IMG/VR virus record: IMGVR_UViG_3300032285_001888
Location: 1-64,000 of that record
Length of the DNA stretch: 64,000 bases
Source of the DNA: a virus
Reading direction: 5' to 3' (one strand)
Part shown: positions 41,708-50,784 of the stretch, one piece after another
Layout: each line of letters starts with the position of its first letter
Position numbering within the stretch: the stretch's first letter is position 1
Notes under the pieces: generated by a model
Databases searched by the model: none
What the model was told of the DNA's origin: nothing
Seen by the model: only the letters and a program-made list of their open reading frames with translations
Translations under genes and position numbers: made by a program

Positions 41708-42343
41708 TTAAACGTAGACAACATTCTGGTTATCTCTAGAATCTCTAAAGTAGTCTCTATGAAAATTCCAAGATATTGAAATACGAGTACTGTCTGTCTT
41801 ATTTTCATTTACACAATGTTGCAACCATCCGGGGAATAAAACAATTTTACCTACTGCTGGTTTTACTTCTGCATATTTTTCTACCATATTTCCAAACGGA
41901 AATACTTCTTGTTGCAGCCACGGAACTGGATTCATTATACCAAAATCACCATCTTTTCCGGTAGTCTGAAAGTAGTAAGAACCGGATATAAGCGCATCTT
42001 GATGTTGATGCCAGTCTTGTTTTTCTCCCTTTGATGTTTTATTAATCCAGCTATGCCTTAGAGATACAGGAACAGGATGCCATGCCTGTGTCTTATCAAT
42101 GTATATCTTAAGATGTTTTTCAATATATGCCCTTAAATGCACTAGTTCAAAATCTTGTATTGTATTATGACGTGCTTTAATGTTAGTTTGAACACCATCA
42201 TTCCATCCTGGCGGATTTGAAAACGAATCAGTAGCCTCAATAAGTGGTAATTTCTTTTTAATCTCGTCTTGAATAAGGAAAATTTCTTGAGAAGTTCCTT
42301 GATGTTCATAGATTACGGTTGGGAACAGAGGTCTTATCGGCAT
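41708..42343 (-). CDS. 2OG-Fe(II) oxygenase, TIGR02466-like
   Basis: LFPT.I, SWIN, HQH, ISG.YY, LFPGWL.H.V, RISISWN. Confidence 0.85.
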   Translation of the reverse strand: MPIRPLFPTVIYEHQGTSQEIFLIQDEIKKKLPLIEATDSFSNPPGWNDGVQTNIKARHNTIQDFELVHLRAYIEKHLKIYIDKTQAWHPVPVSLRHSWINKTSKGEKQDWHQHQDALISGSYYFQTTGKDGDFGIMNPVPWLQQEVFPFGNMVEKYAEVKPAVGKIVLFPGWLQHCVNENKTDSTRISISWNFHRDYFRDSRDNQNVVYV

Positions 42344-43042
42344 TTATAGTCCCTTATCTTTTAAAAGTTTTTTGCGTTTAAAATACTGTCCGTTAAGGGT
42401 AAATGCTACCTGCCCTACTTGTTTGATATATTCATCCATAGAAACTGTGTGCATTTTAATATCGATATCAGATTCCGATAATGGTATTATGTGAGCTAGT
42501 TCTTTATTCAGCGGAATAGTTAGTTCCTTAGGATACATCACTTTTGGTATTAGTAAATTTACACTTGTAGTATGTTGATATTTGTAATCAACTACTCCGT
42601 TTACAACAAACGGTTTAAACTGATCGTCGTGCCAAAAACAATTAGTGTATAAAAAATTGACTCCAGTTTTTTCTTTAATTCTCCACGGGCTTACTAACTT
42701 TGCATGGAAATGATTTTTAAGAAAATCTTCGCCCCATTGTTTGGAATTATGCGCTTCGATAGAATCTTCTGGGAACCATTTTAATAATCCGCCTTCGGTT
42801 CCTAGCCAAATCTCTTCCCAGCTTTGTAAAATAAATCCAGTCCTGTATAAGGTCCCGACACCTGGGCATGTCTTCATAGTGCCGCGCATAGGTCCGTTAT
42901 GCTTTACTGTAGGTGGCAAGTTTTTCCAGAAGGGGGGTAATCTTTCTTCAGCATGCAATATAGGAAATAACTTTTCCACGTCTGGAACATGTGTAAAACA
43001 ATCTAACACTATCTTGGGTTTTTTAAGAAAAAATGAAAACAT
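42344..43042 (-). CDS. Uncharacterised protein (paralogue 1 of 3; possibly dUTPase-like fold)
   Basis: P.FW..LP, TMK.CPG, KL.SPW.I, GVVD, L..IIP motifs shared with the two neighbouring genes. Confidence 0.6.
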   Translation of the reverse strand: MFSFFLKKPKIVLDCFTHVPDVEKLFPILHAEERLPPFWKNLPPTVKHNGPMRGTMKTCPGVGTLYRTGFILQSWEEIWLGTEGGLLKWFPEDSIEAHNSKQWGEDFLKNHFHAKLVSPWRIKEKTGVNFLYTNCFWHDDQFKPFVVNGVVDYKYQHTTSVNLLIPKVMYPKELTIPLNKELAHIIPLSESDIDIKMHTVSMDEYIKQVGQVAFTLNGQYFKRKKLLKDKGL

Positions 43043-43046
43043 CGAA

Positions 43047-43748
43047 TTACCTATAAGTTTTTTTTGTATGCATCAGCTGTGCGTATAGACCAGACCAATA
43101 AGTACCGAGTCTATATTTAAAACTAGATTTGTTTATTTCATCGCTCCTGAACCCAGACGACATTTGCCAGTCTTCTCTTTTAAAAGGAAAAACAACCATC
43201 AAGGGGTCCCCCGGACTTATCATAAATTCTTCTTGTTTAACAAGACCAACAAATCCAATCGGTTCGTCATGTTTATCAGTATCAACCACTCCTGGGAATA
43301 GCGAATATTCTTTTCGCATATGATAAAATGGGTCGAATAACATACAACTGTAGCCAGGCGGAGTCTTAATATACCAGGGATTATTTAATTTTAGATAATG
43401 ATTCTTATACCCAGCATATTCAAATTGAGCTTGCCACCAGGGATGCTTGCTAATAACATCATTTGTATCTCTAGATCTAGTATCAAAGTCCTTGATAAAC
43501 CTAGGATCTATTTTTTGTTTTATTTGAACTTCATAAGATGCACGTATAATATAGCCGGTGGTCATGTAGTCTAATACAGGAACACATCTTTTAATGGTCG
43601 GAGTATGCGGTTTAGTATAGGGAGAAATCTCCGGAATCTCAATAGGAGTATCTTTGTACCATTCGGGTATCATTTTACCTGCCGGAAGAACCGGAAACAT
43701 TTCTAATGCTTCAACATCGGATGTAGTAAATTCTATTATATTAGTCAT
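43047..43748 (-). CDS. Uncharacterised protein (paralogue 2 of 3)
   Basis: PEWYK, TIKRC.PV.D....GYI, KL.NPW.IKTPPGYS, PGVVDTD, GDPL...FPFKRE.W. Confidence 0.65.
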   Translation of the reverse strand: MTNIIEFTTSDVEALEMFPVLPAGKMIPEWYKDTPIEIPEISPYTKPHTPTIKRCVPVLDYMTTGYIIRASYEVQIKQKIDPRFIKDFDTRSRDTNDVISKHPWWQAQFEYAGYKNHYLKLNNPWYIKTPPGYSCMLFDPFYHMRKEYSLFPGVVDTDKHDEPIGFVGLVKQEEFMISPGDPLMVVFPFKREDWQMSSGFRSDEINKSSFKYRLGTYWSGLYAQLMHTKKTYR

Positions 43749-44500
43749 TTGAATTCTTTAGGAGTATGAAACATACGTTGATAAATGTTATACAAGTAAA
43801 ATTTTGATCGTTTTAAGATATCGCCAGATACAATTTCTGATTCCCATGTATCACGTTTAAATGGAATAATCTGTAATACTGGATCTCCTGCCACAAATCT
43901 TACCTCAGTGTCAGTGCCAGACATAAATCCCACCACAGGAATTTTTTCATTAAATTTGTCAGTATCAATTATTGCAGGCATTATATTAACATCTGTTCGG
44001 AAAAAATAATAAGGTTGCATGATTAGACAACTATATCCCGGCGGCGTTATTATAGACCAATCTAGTGTAAACTTAAAATAGTTTGCCGGACTTTTTTTAT
44101 CCTGCATCTTTGCCGGACACTCGGGATTAAAATATACATTAACCGGGTTACTTGAATGCAATCCCATTTCCTGTTCAGTTTTTACAAAACCTGTACCGGG
44201 TTCTCTTTGTTTATACTTTTCTTCAGTAGCACCAGCTTTAACTATAGTCATTTGCGGAACAAAATTAACAAGTTTTTCTTGTATTCGATTCTCATATCCA
44301 GCACGAAGGATGTATCCTGAATTTAATAAATCATCAACTGGCACACATGCACGTATGTTTCTGACAGCATTTTCATCAAACTTGTAAGATTGTCTCGGAC
44401 CTTGCAACCCAGTATACCATGAAGGTAGCATATCTTTAGCAGGAACAGGTGGCCAATGTTGTTTTAAAAGTTCATCGTCTGTTTTAAATTTAATTTTCAT
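43745..44500 (-). CDS. Uncharacterised protein (paralogue 3 of 3)
   Basis: PSWY, IRAC.PV.D....GYI, W.IITPPGYS, PAIIDTD, GDP.LQIIPFKRD.W. Confidence 0.65.
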   Translation of the reverse strand: MKIKFKTDDELLKQHWPPVPAKDMLPSWYTGLQGPRQSYKFDENAVRNIRACVPVDDLLNSGYILRAGYENRIQEKLVNFVPQMTIVKAGATEEKYKQREPGTGFVKTEQEMGLHSSNPVNVYFNPECPAKMQDKKSPANYFKFTLDWSIITPPGYSCLIMQPYYFFRTDVNIMPAIIDTDKFNEKIPVVGFMSGTDTEVRFVAGDPVLQIIPFKRDTWESEIVSGDILKRSKFYLYNIYQRMFHTPKEFK

Positions 44501-45093
44501 TCGGGCATCTCGTCAGCTTCTAACAACCAAGTTGTTAATATATATTTGTCTGTACTACCAATGGGGGGATTTCCTCTATGTGTGTGAGTCCAATCGGCCG
44601 GCCAAATTAATAATTTATTTTTTTTAGGTTTAATTCTAATATTTTGATATAAAAATTCAGTTTCGCCAGCATCGTCTATGTCGTTCATGTATAATTGTAC
44701 AACTAATCTACGCTTGGAGTCATCCTTTAAGGCTTCATAATGCCATTGATGAAACCCACCACCGGGTACAATTTTTTTCATTTTGATTTGCTCTGCTTTA
44801 AATGATAACTCTTGTAAAATACTAAATTTATCAGCGTATATAGGAATTATTTGCTTCCACAATACATCTAAGAAGTGGTTTATGTATTCGGGATGCAAGG
44901 TGTTAATTACCTTTGGATCTAAAAAATACAGTTGCTCATCGTCTTTCCAATGCTTTGGAATTTTATCTTGTTGATGTAGTTTTAAAGATGATATTTTATC
45001 ATAGTAGGCAATAACTTCGTTGAAGTATGTATTCTTAAAATAGTTTTCAAAAATACCGATAAAGCCAACGAATTCGTATTTTTCAAAATTCAT
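44497..45093 (-). CDS. 2OG-Fe(II) oxygenase (cyanophage-type, HxE)
   Basis: GGFHQWHYE...LYMND...GETEFLYQ...IWPA.WTHTHRGNPP...KYILTTW. Confidence 0.9.
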   Translation of the reverse strand: MNFEKYEFVGFIGIFENYFKNTYFNEVIAYYDKISSLKLHQQDKIPKHWKDDEQLYFLDPKVINTLHPEYINHFLDVLWKQIIPIYADKFSILQELSFKAEQIKMKKIVPGGGFHQWHYEALKDDSKRRLVVQLYMNDIDDAGETEFLYQNIRIKPKKNKLLIWPADWTHTHRGNPPIGSTDKYILTTWLLEADEMPE

Positions 45094-45788
45094 TTGACTA
45101 TCTCTGCTAATTTGACTCGGTAATTACCTGCAATCGATATTCTAACATCGTCAGAAGTATAAAACGGATGAACTTGATGATGCAGATCTGCAGGAAATAT
45201 ACAGATGCGACCTTCCCAAGACTTGTCTACGGGTAACGAAAAAATAGATTGCTTACCTAGAACATCTGGATAAATGAATTCAAATTGTGCAGATCTGTTT
45301 TTTATTAAATCAGGATTGGCTAAATTCTCTTGTTCGTCTTTGATATTATAGGGAACGTATGCCCAAATTACAAAACTATAAATTCCAGTATGGTTATGCA
45401 GGGGCATAAATTCTCCCGCACGTTGAAAATTTAGCCACATTCTTTCTAAGTCTAAGTTTATATCACTATTAGTTACATCCGTGGTGAAATTAAACATTTT
45501 ATTGAAGTAGTTATATTTAGATTCGTAAAAACTTACCAACTTTAATACTTCTTTATTCATGTCACTATATAAGTCTGGAGAAAAATAGTAATCGTCAGAA
45601 TATCCTGCTTTTTTCTTATGGAAGAATCTTAGCATGTCTTTAGCTTCTGCTGGGTCTTTTCCTTTATCGAGGAAATCCTGCCGCATTACTTCAACTTCTT
45701 TTTTGATCCGTTGGAACAAGAAGGGGTTTAGTTGGTCGACTAGAACTCCAACGTTTGGTAAATCTTGCATCATTGCTGTGGCACTCAT
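45090..45788 (-). CDS. 2OG-Fe(II) oxygenase-like (HxH)
   Basis: WLNFQR.GEF.PLHNH.G..SFVIW...FPA.L.H.V.PFY.S...RISIAGN. Confidence 0.85.
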   Translation of the reverse strand: MSATAMMQDLPNVGVLVDQLNPFLFQRIKKEVEVMRQDFLDKGKDPAEAKDMLRFFHKKKAGYSDDYYFSPDLYSDMNKEVLKLVSFYESKYNYFNKMFNFTTDVTNSDINLDLERMWLNFQRAGEFMPLHNHTGIYSFVIWAYVPYNIKDEQENLANPDLIKNRSAQFEFIYPDVLGKQSIFSLPVDKSWEGRICIFPADLHHQVHPFYTSDDVRISIAGNYRVKLAEIVK

Positions 45789-45805
45789 AGCAATAATTAT
45801 CTAAT

Positions 45806-47338
45806 TTACAGTGGGCGTTTGGTAGTCTTGGCAGAATACTTTATAAAGTTGATGAAATCGGAGTACTTCATCTTATCTTTAACAGTTTGAGCTATCATTT
45901 CTTCATAGTCATATATAGACCTAGCTTGTGATACAGGCTTCAAATCATCTAGTAGATTTTTTGATATTGAGGGATGTAGTTTTCCTATACCCGAAAGGAC
46001 ATAGCTATACAACCCCCAGTCTGCATTGCCAAACATGATGTCAAAGTCTCTGTTAGTAGGAGTTCGAACTTTGCAACTTTCTAGTAGTTCTTTAACAAAA
46101 TCTGTAGCAGTTTCTCCACTAGTAATATATTTCCAGAATTCGCTATCAGTCCTCCCACCCATGTAATGTATAACTAGGAAGTCTTTTAGAGAATCATATA
46201 ATTTAGCTGTGCGTCGGTTATACAGGTTAATATTTCCATCGTTTACAGTGGCTTCTAATGTAGGTTTTAAAAATTCAACTGTAAAGTTTAGCAGTTGCAC
46301 TATAGTAGTATGTATACTAGTTGCTTCTAATGGTTCAGCAAACGCAGAAGCTAGCCCTATAGCTAGACAATTCTTTTCCCATGCCTTTTCTAATCTGCCA
46401 GTATCAAATTTTAAAGTTCTAATAGGAGTTATTTTTCTTCCTAATATTGTTTCTATCTCTGCATGTGCTTGATCCGGAGTTATAAAGTTATCGTCAAATA
46501 CATAACCGCATCCCTTACGATCCTGCACAGGAATTTGCCACATCCATCCTGCTCGTTGAGCCCATGCTGTAGTCCATAGTTCAGGCGTTTCTGTTTCTGT
46601 TTCATAGTCTAGTAAAAAAGGTATTGCAGAATTTACTGGCAAATTTTTCTGATAGCTAACCCATTTTACTTCTAGTTTTTTCATAAGAACTTGTTTAAAA
46701 CCGCTAGCATCTATAAAAAAGCCGCCATCTACTAGCTTTCCAGATTTTAACAATAACGAGGCAATACTACCTTGTTCGTTTAGATTAACATCTATAATTT
46801 CATCGTCAATATGGTTAACTGTATCCTTACGAAGTGTAATTTTTTTAAAATAAGCACCAACCTTGTGCGCATCAAAATGCAATGCACTATCTAAATTTCT
46901 ATCAAAAGTAAAATTACTTTTACTAAATGGTGATATTCCAAGATCTACCGCCTGACCATGTAATGAGCTTAGATGATTTTTGTTTTTATCTAACACGTGA
47001 TAATGAGCAAAAATCCCATCCATTATAATATTTGTACTAGAAGTTCCTACAATAGGACCAAAATATTGTTGATTTAAATCAGGCGTCCAAGCCCGATGCA
47101 TTATTCCATATTTTAATGTTGCGCCTGTTTCTCTTAGGAATTCTAATATGTCACAGCCGCTGTCGAAAATATCGTTTTTAATTATCGATGTTAATAATCC
47201 TGTTGATCCCTCGCCTGCACCAATAATACCAATTTGGGAAGATTCTATTACAGTCACCGAATGCATAGGGCGCATCTTGCTAATCATCAAGGCAGCTATC
47301 CACCCTGCTGTACCTCCACCTACAATAACTATTTTCAT
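45806..47338 (-). CDS. Flavin-dependent tryptophan halogenase-like protein
   Basis: GGGTAG, GAGEGST, ATLKYGI, HFDA, GWMWQIP, FAEPLEATS. Confidence 0.9.
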   Translation of the reverse strand: MKIVIVGGGTAGWIAALMISKMRPMHSVTVIESSQIGIIGAGEGSTGLLTSIIKNDIFDSGCDILEFLRETGATLKYGIMHRAWTPDLNQQYFGPIVGTSSTNIIMDGIFAHYHVLDKNKNHLSSLHGQAVDLGISPFSKSNFTFDRNLDSALHFDAHKVGAYFKKITLRKDTVNHIDDEIIDVNLNEQGSIASLLLKSGKLVDGGFFIDASGFKQVLMKKLEVKWVSYQKNLPVNSAIPFLLDYETETETPELWTTAWAQRAGWMWQIPVQDRKGCGYVFDDNFITPDQAHAEIETILGRKITPIRTLKFDTGRLEKAWEKNCLAIGLASAFAEPLEATSIHTTIVQLLNFTVEFLKPTLEATVNDGNINLYNRRTAKLYDSLKDFLVIHYMGGRTDSEFWKYITSGETATDFVKELLESCKVRTPTNRDFDIMFGNADWGLYSYVLSGIGKLHPSISKNLLDDLKPVSQARSIYDYEEMIAQTVKDKMKYSDFINFIKYSAKTTKRPL

Positions 47339-47934
47339 TTTGGTATATCCTTGTCTAGAGCAAATATAACATTTATAACAAACCTGTCGTTACTTATGAT
47401 AGGATTACTACCTGCATGAAATAAATTGCTAGGGAAAACCACTATCCTTCCCTGTTTTGGCACAACTGCTTCCTTGATCGTTAATGAAGTAATACTACTA
47501 TCCTCACTATAGATTTCGTTAAAAATATATGTAGGACCATCACTGTTGTTAATATAATACACTGCGGTAGTCCACGCAACATTTCCGTCATCAGTGTGTG
47601 CTAAATTATAGCTAAGTTCTTTCCTATTATTAATGATGCTAGTATGATTAATCTTAATACGTTGCAACATTCCTATAGCGCCAAATTCTTTTTCTATAGC
47701 ATCCATTAAAGGTTTAAGAAAAATAAAAAACATTGACTTGTGTCTAGATAGATGGTCAAATGCAATATGATAAAATTGACTACTATCTTGTGTGTTAGCA
47801 TCTTCTAAGACGTTTTGTCCTTGTATTCCCAAGGCTGTTTTATCTTTAAATTTCCATGTTAGTTTACTATCCATGGCATCTACCAATGCTTGCTGAAAGT
47901 CAAGAGAGACAAATTCATCTATAACTGTAATCAT
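47335..47934 (-). CDS. 2OG-Fe(II) oxygenase
   Basis: AHTD...VYYINNSDGPT.IF...PKQGR.V.F....HAG..P...R.VIN. Confidence 0.85.
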   Translation of the reverse strand: MITVIDEFVSLDFQQALVDAMDSKLTWKFKDKTALGIQGQNVLEDANTQDSSQFYHIAFDHLSRHKSMFFIFLKPLMDAIEKEFGAIGMLQRIKINHTSIINNRKELSYNLAHTDDGNVAWTTAVYYINNSDGPTYIFNEIYSEDSSITSLTIKEAVVPKQGRIVVFPSNLFHAGSNPIISNDRFVINVIFALDKDIPK

Positions 47935-48567
47935 TTATAACCCTTCGGTATCACTTATGCGGCGTAGCATAATATTCATAGCAACAACAACTCTCAATGT
48001 TCCGGTTTCGTGCCGGGGAGTATGATGTTCAACCCATGACGGAAATACTATCACATCACTTTCTTCTACTGTTGGCATTTGTTTATTAGGATAGTAAATT
48101 GACGGTACATAGTTTTTATTTTTAGTTGGAATAACAGATTTCTTTTGTCGAGCGCACGGGTCGCAAAAAATAGTTCCGTATGCATCATCTAGCACAACAT
48201 AGTGTACCGCAGACCATTGAATAGTTTTAGGTCCACCGGTGTGATCGTGAACAAATTCAGAAGTAGTGTTAGTAGTAAATCCGTACCAACAAGTAAATTT
48301 AAAAGTCCATCCGTTATTAAAATCAACTCCGGTGCTTTCTAAGAATTTCTTAACGTCATCTTCGTAGAATTTTGATAACATAGCCCATGGTACTTTTACA
48401 GCGCCGGGGCAGTAATCAGTATAGATGTTAGCAAGTACATCGTTAGCAGGCTCATTTAAAAAATTCTGATACACATTATCCATCAGATATTTTTTGATTT
48501 TATCATGATTAGATGCTTTAAATTTAAAAACGTTTGTTGTAAAAATTGGAATACTATCTATATCCAT
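47935..48567 (-). CDS. 2OG-Fe(II) oxygenase, TIGR02466-like
   Basis: PIF.T, HDH...WSAVHY, IVFPSW.EH..P, R.V.A.N. Confidence 0.8.
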   Translation of the reverse strand: MDIDSIPIFTTNVFKFKASNHDKIKKYLMDNVYQNFLNEPANDVLANIYTDYCPGAVKVPWAMLSKFYEDDVKKFLESTGVDFNNGWTFKFTCWYGFTTNTTSEFVHDHTGGPKTIQWSAVHYVVLDDAYGTIFCDPCARQKKSVIPTKNKNYVPSIYYPNKQMPTVEESDVIVFPSWVEHHTPRHETGTLRVVVAMNIMLRRISDTEGL

Positions 48568-48569
48568 AT

Positions 48570-49250
48570 CTACACCTCAGGCCTATCATACTTGTATTGG
48601 TCTATAAAGAACAAAAGAGTTGTTCGCGTCTCTCCCGAAGCGGTTCTGAAATTATTAGGTCTATGCCACGATTTAGCATCATAGGCTAGTATTCTATTAA
48701 AAATATTACCTATTCTAATAGTCTCTTCAAAATTTTCATGATTAGCGTTAAGATCTTTTTTGTATGCTTCGGTAGCTACTCCGGAAGTATTAAATTCTTT
48801 TCTAGATGGGAAATCAACCTTTTCAAAATCTTGCGATCCTTTTTTAAGGAATATAGAAGTACCGCTATTAAAGTTTTTCTCAAATTGATTAAGATATACT
48901 AGCCCTGCTAGATTGACGTCATCACTGTGTATCCATCCTTCATTGGCATCAACATCATCATACACATCGTTTTTATGAAAACTTACATGAATTACAAATC
49001 TGCTAATACCTGGAAATATTTCTCTTGCTATTTTTTTTGCAAAAAAGACTCCAAACTCTTTAGTAGCAGGGTCTATAGACTCTAGTAAGTTTATAGTACG
49101 CTTACCAGGCCATCTAGTGTCACCTGTATATTCTTGTTTATTTGCTAGATCTAGTATTGTTTGTGTATCTTCAAAGAAGTTATCTTTACAAACTAATGTA
49201 CCTGCCAAGGGGTGAAAGGTTTTATCCATGTTAAATAATGTGGGATTCAT
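48570..49250 (-). CDS. 2OG-Fe(II) oxygenase-like
   Basis: DNFFE, WPG.RT, GWIHSD..LAGLVYL, GTSIF, FNR...YD...WH, R.T..FF. Confidence 0.8.
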   Translation of the reverse strand: MNPTLFNMDKTFHPLAGTLVCKDNFFEDTQTILDLANKQEYTGDTRWPGKRTINLLESIDPATKEFGVFFAKKIAREIFPGISRFVIHVSFHKNDVYDDVDANEGWIHSDDVNLAGLVYLNQFEKNFNSGTSIFLKKGSQDFEKVDFPSRKEFNTSGVATEAYKKDLNANHENFEETIRIGNIFNRILAYDAKSWHRPNNFRTASGETRTTLLFFIDQYKYDRPEV

Positions 49251-49837
49251 GCTAGTTTCCTGGCAATATTAAAAACCATTGTAATACGACCTTCGTCTGT
49301 ATTTCTAGATTTTGGAACTAGATGCGGCAACCATGACTCCCACATTACAAGTAATCCTGCTTTGGGGGTTATTGTAATTTCATTTATATTAGTTTGTGTA
49401 TCTTCTAGTTTTGGTAAAGATACAAATTGTCTAAACGGTCGAGGATCAGTTATTATTAGCGGCGCTGAATCTTCAGGAACCTGAAGATATAGTAGACCGG
49501 ATAATATCGATCCCGGATGCGTATGCTCATCATGAGACGCACCGTCAAACATTTCGCTTACGAATATAAACGTATCAAATGTAAGTTCCTTATCATTGTA
49601 TCCAATATCTTTTAGATACTTTCTACCTATTTTTTCTATAGCATCTTTAAATGGTTTAACATCTGTCCTGTCTGCTATCCCACCTGGATTCCTATATCCA
49701 TAGGAAGTTGTATACCCCCATTTGGTTTTAGAAATACTAGTATCTTCTAAATATTTTTTTGCTACTGGCAACATTGAATTAGCTAAAATTAATTGCATTT
49801 CTGATAGAATTGCCGTAGGAAAAATATACTGTATCAC
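49247..49837 (-). CDS. 2OG-Fe(II) oxygenase, TIGR02466-like
   Basis: IFPT.I, HTHPGS.LSG..YL, DPRP, WESWL.H.V, RIT.VFN. Confidence 0.85.
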   Translation of the reverse strand: MIQYIFPTAILSEMQLILANSMLPVAKKYLEDTSISKTKWGYTTSYGYRNPGGIADRTDVKPFKDAIEKIGRKYLKDIGYNDKELTFDTFIFVSEMFDGASHDEHTHPGSILSGLLYLQVPEDSAPLIITDPRPFRQFVSLPKLEDTQTNINEITITPKAGLLVMWESWLPHLVPKSRNTDEGRITMVFNIARKLA

Positions 49838-50436
49838 AGCGAAGGGCCCTTAGGATTACGTATTAAATCAAAGGCATGAAAATAATTTGGACCTAATGCT
49901 TTTACATAATGTAAAAAAATCTGAATGCATTCTACTCCTGTAAATTTTTCTCTCCAATGGTCAGCTGTCATACCTTTATAAATCATTGCCTCACCGGGCC
50001 GTAGTGTGATACTAGCAGATGAGCCATCGGGTTTTTTAATGAAAATAGGCCAAGCATCTCCACTAATATTAAGAGTAACACTTATTTCACATGCTTCGGC
50101 ATCTATATGGGGTTTTAATTCTGCCCCCATTTTATACCATCTTGCGTATGCGTATGTAGGATAAAGTCGCTCCCCTACTAGATCATTCATAAGAAAGATT
50201 TTTGAACGCAATAAGTGTTCGGCAACACTCCATCCGTACGATGCTGGAGAACCGGGAACTTGAGGATCCGGCTTCTTAAATTTTTCTATACAGTGTTTTT
50301 TAAAAGATTTTGCAATCTCCTCCAACGAGCCAGGATGCAGAAAATTTTCTACTACAAAATAGTTGTTTTCTTCTAATTCATCTCTTAAGTTTTTTTGAAG
50401 AAAGCTATCCTGATAGACGGTGTGTGTTCTTCTCAT
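49834..50436 (-). CDS. 2OG-Fe(II) oxygenase
   Basis: PTYAYARWY..G.EL..HID...CEISVTL, WPIF, G.A.IY.G...HWRE, Q.FLHYV. Confidence 0.85.
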   Translation of the reverse strand: MRRTHTVYQDSFLQKNLRDELEENNYFVVENFLHPGSLEEIAKSFKKHCIEKFKKPDPQVPGSPASYGWSVAEHLLRSKIFLMNDLVGERLYPTYAYARWYKMGAELKPHIDAEACEISVTLNISGDAWPIFIKKPDGSSASITLRPGEAMIYKGMTADHWREKFTGVECIQIFLHYVKALGPNYFHAFDLIRNPKGPSL

Positions 50437-50438
50437 AA

Positions 50439-50774
50439 TTAATCAAATTTAAATTCGACAGGGCCAACAGGCTCGTCCGGATCAATCACACACCATGCAT
50501 CGCTTTCTGGCATGCACCAAAACGTTTCTCCACCGATGAGTATTTTTGATCCAGCAGCCGGATGGAACATTATTTCGTCGCCTACCTTAACACTCATTGG
50601 AATAAGTATTGCAGTTTTTTCAGAGATCTTTCCGGGACCTGCCGCCACTACTACACCTTTTGATGTTTTTTCATCTTGCGATGCGATCGGTATGTAAATA
50701 CCACCCGCTGAAGCCTTTTCAGCTTCTACTCTTTTGACTAATAGTCTATCATGGACTGGTCTTAAAACTGGCAT
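50439..50774 (-). CDS. groES: Co-chaperonin GroES (Cpn10)
   Basis: LRPVHDRLLVKR...AGGIYIP...G.VVAAGPG...PMSVKVGD.I.F. Confidence 0.92.
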   Translation of the reverse strand: MPVLRPVHDRLLVKRVEAEKASAGGIYIPIASQDEKTSKGVVVAAGPGKISEKTAILIPMSVKVGDEIMFHPAAGSKILIGGETFWCMPESDAWCVIDPDEPVGPVEFKFD

Positions 50775-50784
50775 TTTCTCTCCT

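Noticed and set aside
39473-50436. 2OG-Fe(II) proteins as radical halogenases (SyrB2/WelO5/BesD type)
   Set aside because: Those enzymes have HxA/HxG in place of HxD/E; all nine here have D, E or H at that position.
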